A stretch of 48,665 nucleotides of DNA, taken from contig WELA01001035.1 of the NCBI GenBank assembly GCA_009602735.1, positions 244,198-292,862 on the forward strand, in the 5' to 3' direction. The notes beneath the pieces are model-generated. The model did no database searches and was not told the DNA's origin. It saw only the letters and a list, made by a program, of their open reading frames with translations. Positions 45,181 through 48,665 of this stretch are shown in pieces (the stretch's first letter is position 1; every line of letters starts with the position of its first letter). This DNA comes from Mesotaenium endlicherianum. Its lineage: Eukaryota. The translations under genes were made by a program, and so were the position numbers.

Positions 45181-48128
45181 ACCAGTTGTATAAAGAACAG
45201 AGACGGCTGGGATACGCACGCAAGCAGTGACGGCAGGAATGCGAAGCAGAGGTGGCAGTGATACGTCAGCAGACGATACGAACACAAAAAGTGATTACGA
45301 GACTATTAAAGACGGCAAGGTACGTGTACGGAGAGGGGGACCGTGAGGAGAAAATGTATCGAAATGTAAAAGGTGTAAACGAAGACGGCAGAGACAGCAG
45401 GTGTGCGAAATGGTGCGAAAGCAAAGATGGCAGGGGTACGTAAGGGCAAACGAAAGCTCGGTAGAAATCAGAGTTAACAGTATGCAAGCAGAGACGTCAC
45501 GTTCCACATGCATTAACATTCCAAGTTTCACGTCTCAAATTGGGTCCTTGAGGTGCTGCTCTGAGGCACTCTTAGGCTCTTAGGCAGTGTCATAGACTTG
45601 GGAAGCACAGGTATGTAACAGTTTAGAGTTGATGAGATATTGAAAGCCGAGAAAAAACATCACTAGAAGCTGCTGCCACCAGGTCGGAAATTGATTAATA
45701 ATTAATGGCATAGCTGCGGCAATGAGCAATGTACAGCATGTGAGAGACGTCCTTACCCACACGCTCGTGTCGCGCCTCGTTCGTCACGTGCAGCACTCGA
45801 GCGGGTTTAGCGCCTCTGCATCTGGGTGGACTAAGTAACGGCAGGCTCTGCTCGAATCACCCGCATCTCAAATTAAGCGCACCCTGTGTAGGATCGAGAT
45901 GCCTCCGCTATCTGCCGGGTGGGTTGGTTCTAGATTTCGAATGAGAAATGAATCTAGAAGGCGGTTGAAGCTACCTTCCAACTGCTAGCAGCAGCATGCA
46001 GCACCTGTGTCTCTCCGCCAGGCAGCCAGGCAGCCAGCCAGGCAGCCAGGCAGCCAGCCAGGCAGCCAGCCAGGGAAGGCCCAGGGGGCTGCCGGAGCCG
46101 CACCTCCTGCCTGCCGAGTGCTGAGCTATTAAGCACACGAGGCGGAGACTCCTTGTGCCTCCATTGCTAGCCGGCCGCATGCATGCATGCTCTTTGTATG
46201 TGGCCGGGTGAGCTGACGTGCCTCTGCTTGTGCCCCCCTCTGGTGACTGCCAGCTGCGGCTCGTCCCCTCCGACTGCATGTGTAGACAAGTGTGTTCTGG
46301 GCGGGGGCTGTCTGCGGGACTAACGGCAGCGATGACGGTGGTGTGTGTGGGGGCTTGTCCCCGGGTCATGCCTGTGTGTCTTACGCAGGGGCAGCCACAG
46401 AGGCTGCCCCCCTCTGGATTTGATCCAGGCAGCGCCTATCCCCCCCTCCCCCCCCCCTTCCCGCATTGCCTGGTGCAGCTGGTCCCAAAGCACACTTGTT
46501 GTAGCGTGCAGAGGGGGCTGTCTGGAGGTTCTGAGGAGGGCGCAACAGCTCTGGCGCCCCCCTCAGTAGTCAGGTGTGTAAGGGGGGTGGACGACCATGT
46601 GTGCATGTGTGCTCACGAGCGCGCCTGTAAGTGTGCCCGTTTGTGTGCGCGCGTGTGCATGCGCATGTGCCAGTCCGTTCCTGTCAACTGGAAGTGAGCC
46701 TTGTGCCTTTTCTTCTGCTCGCAAGGTGGTGCGCCTTGGACCCTTCCAGCTGGAGACGTGCTGATGGGACCTTGCTGCTCTTTGAGGTGGCAGCTGTCAT
46801 CCTCGAGTTTGGTCACAGGCTGCTGGACACGTGGCAGCCTCTCAGGCAGGCGGAGAGCCGGCCCTCCACCGGGCCACCGGTTGCTCTCGCTGTCTGCAGC
46901 TCAAGTTCGACTCCTGAATTTGCGCCAGCTGTCAGTGTGCCAGCCGGTGGCGTGGCTTCTTGCCTGCCCCTTCATTTTTGACAGTTCCTGCAGAGCTGCG
47001 ATGTCATCTGCAAATCGCACGTCCGCATGGCACCCCAGGAAAAGCTGACAGGGGGCGTATGGAGGGGCCGGAGGGGGACGGGAGCAGGAGCAGTTGAACA
47101 GAGAGGAAGGGTAGCAAGAGCAGGGGGCAAGAACCAGGAGCAAGAGCAGGAGCAGGAGCAGCAGGATCAGCAAGCGAGCAAGCGGGCGGCGGACGTTACA
47201 GCACATCGTCTCCTAAGCGTACAGGCTTAAGGTCCAAAACTTTGCTACTGCAGCTTCGGGATTTCTGGTTTAGGGCTTGAGGCCCCGCCCCATTTGCTAG
47301 TACCATTGATGGGCCCCTCAAGCGCTCTCAATTTCGAATTGCATGGAGTCGAAGGATACGATATCTACATTGTGGCCGCACCCCAACTTAAATTCTTCCC
47401 ATGAATCAAGATGTGATTGTTTACTCTCTACAAGGCAGCTCAAGAGGAGGGGGAGAGGAAGGAGGGGGGGGGGAGGAGGTCCTCACTTGCATGTGAAGTG
47501 CTGGAACAAATTAAGAGAAAAGCCCCACATATTTGTTACAAGACATTGTGGGATATGGTTTGCCCACATTTATACAGCATTGTGCTTATTTTAGTTTGTG
47601 ATTGATATGAAACATTCGAGCCAGATAAAACCGTTAGTTGAAGTCCTTTACTCTCACCTTCCTTGAACGAACACATCTCCTTCGACACTCCTAGCCACCA
47701 TTTTGATGCGCACCGTCCTCCTTTGCCTGACGAGGACAATTGACTTTGGCCTAAGTTGGTCCCTGGCCTACTCTCTTCACCTTAATAATATCCTCCTCAT
47801 ACGAAGCATCAAGCAAGAGAAGTGTGCAGCTGTAGCGGAAGATTCATCAAGAACGTTAAAGCTTAGAAGAGCTTACAAGGAAAATAGAATAGAATGAATT
47901 GGCATCGCCCACATCGATGCCCTTTTCAGGAGTTTCACTTTTCCACCTAGGACATCCCACCTCGTGCCTTTCTTTCCTACGACAAGCAGCCGCTTGTCAA
48001 ACGGAATAGATGAAGACGATTCGGCACTTAAGGATAGCCGTGCTCTACAGAACCTTGTCTACTTTGCAATGACTGCGGAGCCGCGCAAGCTCTCGTATAA
48101 GCAACACACTCATTCCTACTAGGCCAAT

Positions 48129-48332
48129 TTATGCTGCCGCAGTCTTCTTCTTAAGCCAGTCAACGATATCAGGCAGGTCGCGCTTCAGCCATGCAGCCCG
48201 TGACCTGACAGCTTCAAGCGTGCGAGCGATCTCCATGCTTGCCTCCGGCACGGGGTTTGCAGCAAAGAAATCCTCAGCATCAGTGGCAGCCTCCTCCGTC
48301 GAAAAGCCCCTCAACGGCATGCAAGCCACGTG
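48129..48332 (-). CDS. Terminal exon of an M1 (puromycin-sensitive/APM1-like) aminopeptidase
   Basis: After a TGCAG acceptor: HVACMPLRGFSTEEAATDAEDFFAANPVPEASMEIARTLEAVRSRAAWLKRD...*. This fits the ERAP1-like C-terminal pattern (FS.....E.FF......R.LE.V....W). Confidence 0.75.
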   Translation of the reverse strand, partial: HVACMPLRGFSTEEAATDAEDFFAANPVPEASMEIARTLEAVRSRAAWLKRDLPDIVDWLKKKTAAA

Positions 48333-48665
48333 CTGCACCAAGACAGCACATAAAGCCACGTGAGCAGATGACACGCCAACGACGACGGCGGACAGCCGGG
48401 ATAGGTTAGAAAGAAGGGAAACGAAGAAAGAAACAGAAATGTGCAATGCCCGTGTAGTCCCCAATGACGTCACAAGAGGGAATTTATGTGCACTGCAACA
48501 AGGATGTCCAAAGTTGGGATTTCACCACTTGACCCTTTCACAAATCCCCAGGTATAAGCAGACTGTGGGGGAGGGAGATGGAAAATGCCTGGAAACCAGG
48601 CCGAGGCTGACTGGCATTAGAGGAGAAGAAGGCGTGGATGCAAAAAAGGGGAAGGGAAGAGGGGG

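Noticed and set aside
44712..45287. Several overlapping 140-190-aa ORFs
   Set aside because: Produced by a stop-poor minisatellite that is open in most frames.

Overview
Eukaryotic, intron-rich genomic DNA of plant lineage. The style suggests a streptophyte green alga, but that is inference only. It has five N gaps next to G/C or GA runs. The first ~23 kb is a transposon nest. (1) A full-length Ty3/gypsy chromovirus (477-7155, minus strand, 5-bp TSD CGATG) sits inside a ~720-bp solo-LTR-like element (114-7520), itself in an intron of a minus-strand GON4L/DUO3-like gene. (2) A second, unrelated chromovirus (12285-21019, minus strand, TSD ACCTC) sits inside a transposase-less DNA element with 22-bp terminal inverted repeats (9182-22922). 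The most unusual feature is in this second chromovirus: an intact, non-env ~558-aa extra ORF between pol and the 3' LTR. It is bracketed by a duplicated polypurine tract plus hairpin and has what looks like its own 5' intron with a perfect TACTAAC branch point. Both retroelements show -1 gag-pol frameshift signals, a variant Met-tRNA PBS and nonsense-disabled pol. The right half holds host genes: an 11-exon TRM7/FTSJ1 tRNA 2'-O-methyltransferase, a 14-exon AT3G28720-like membrane protein, a minisatellite and the last exon of an M1 aminopeptidase. Exon models and family assignments were read by eye and from memory of the protein families; no searches were run.
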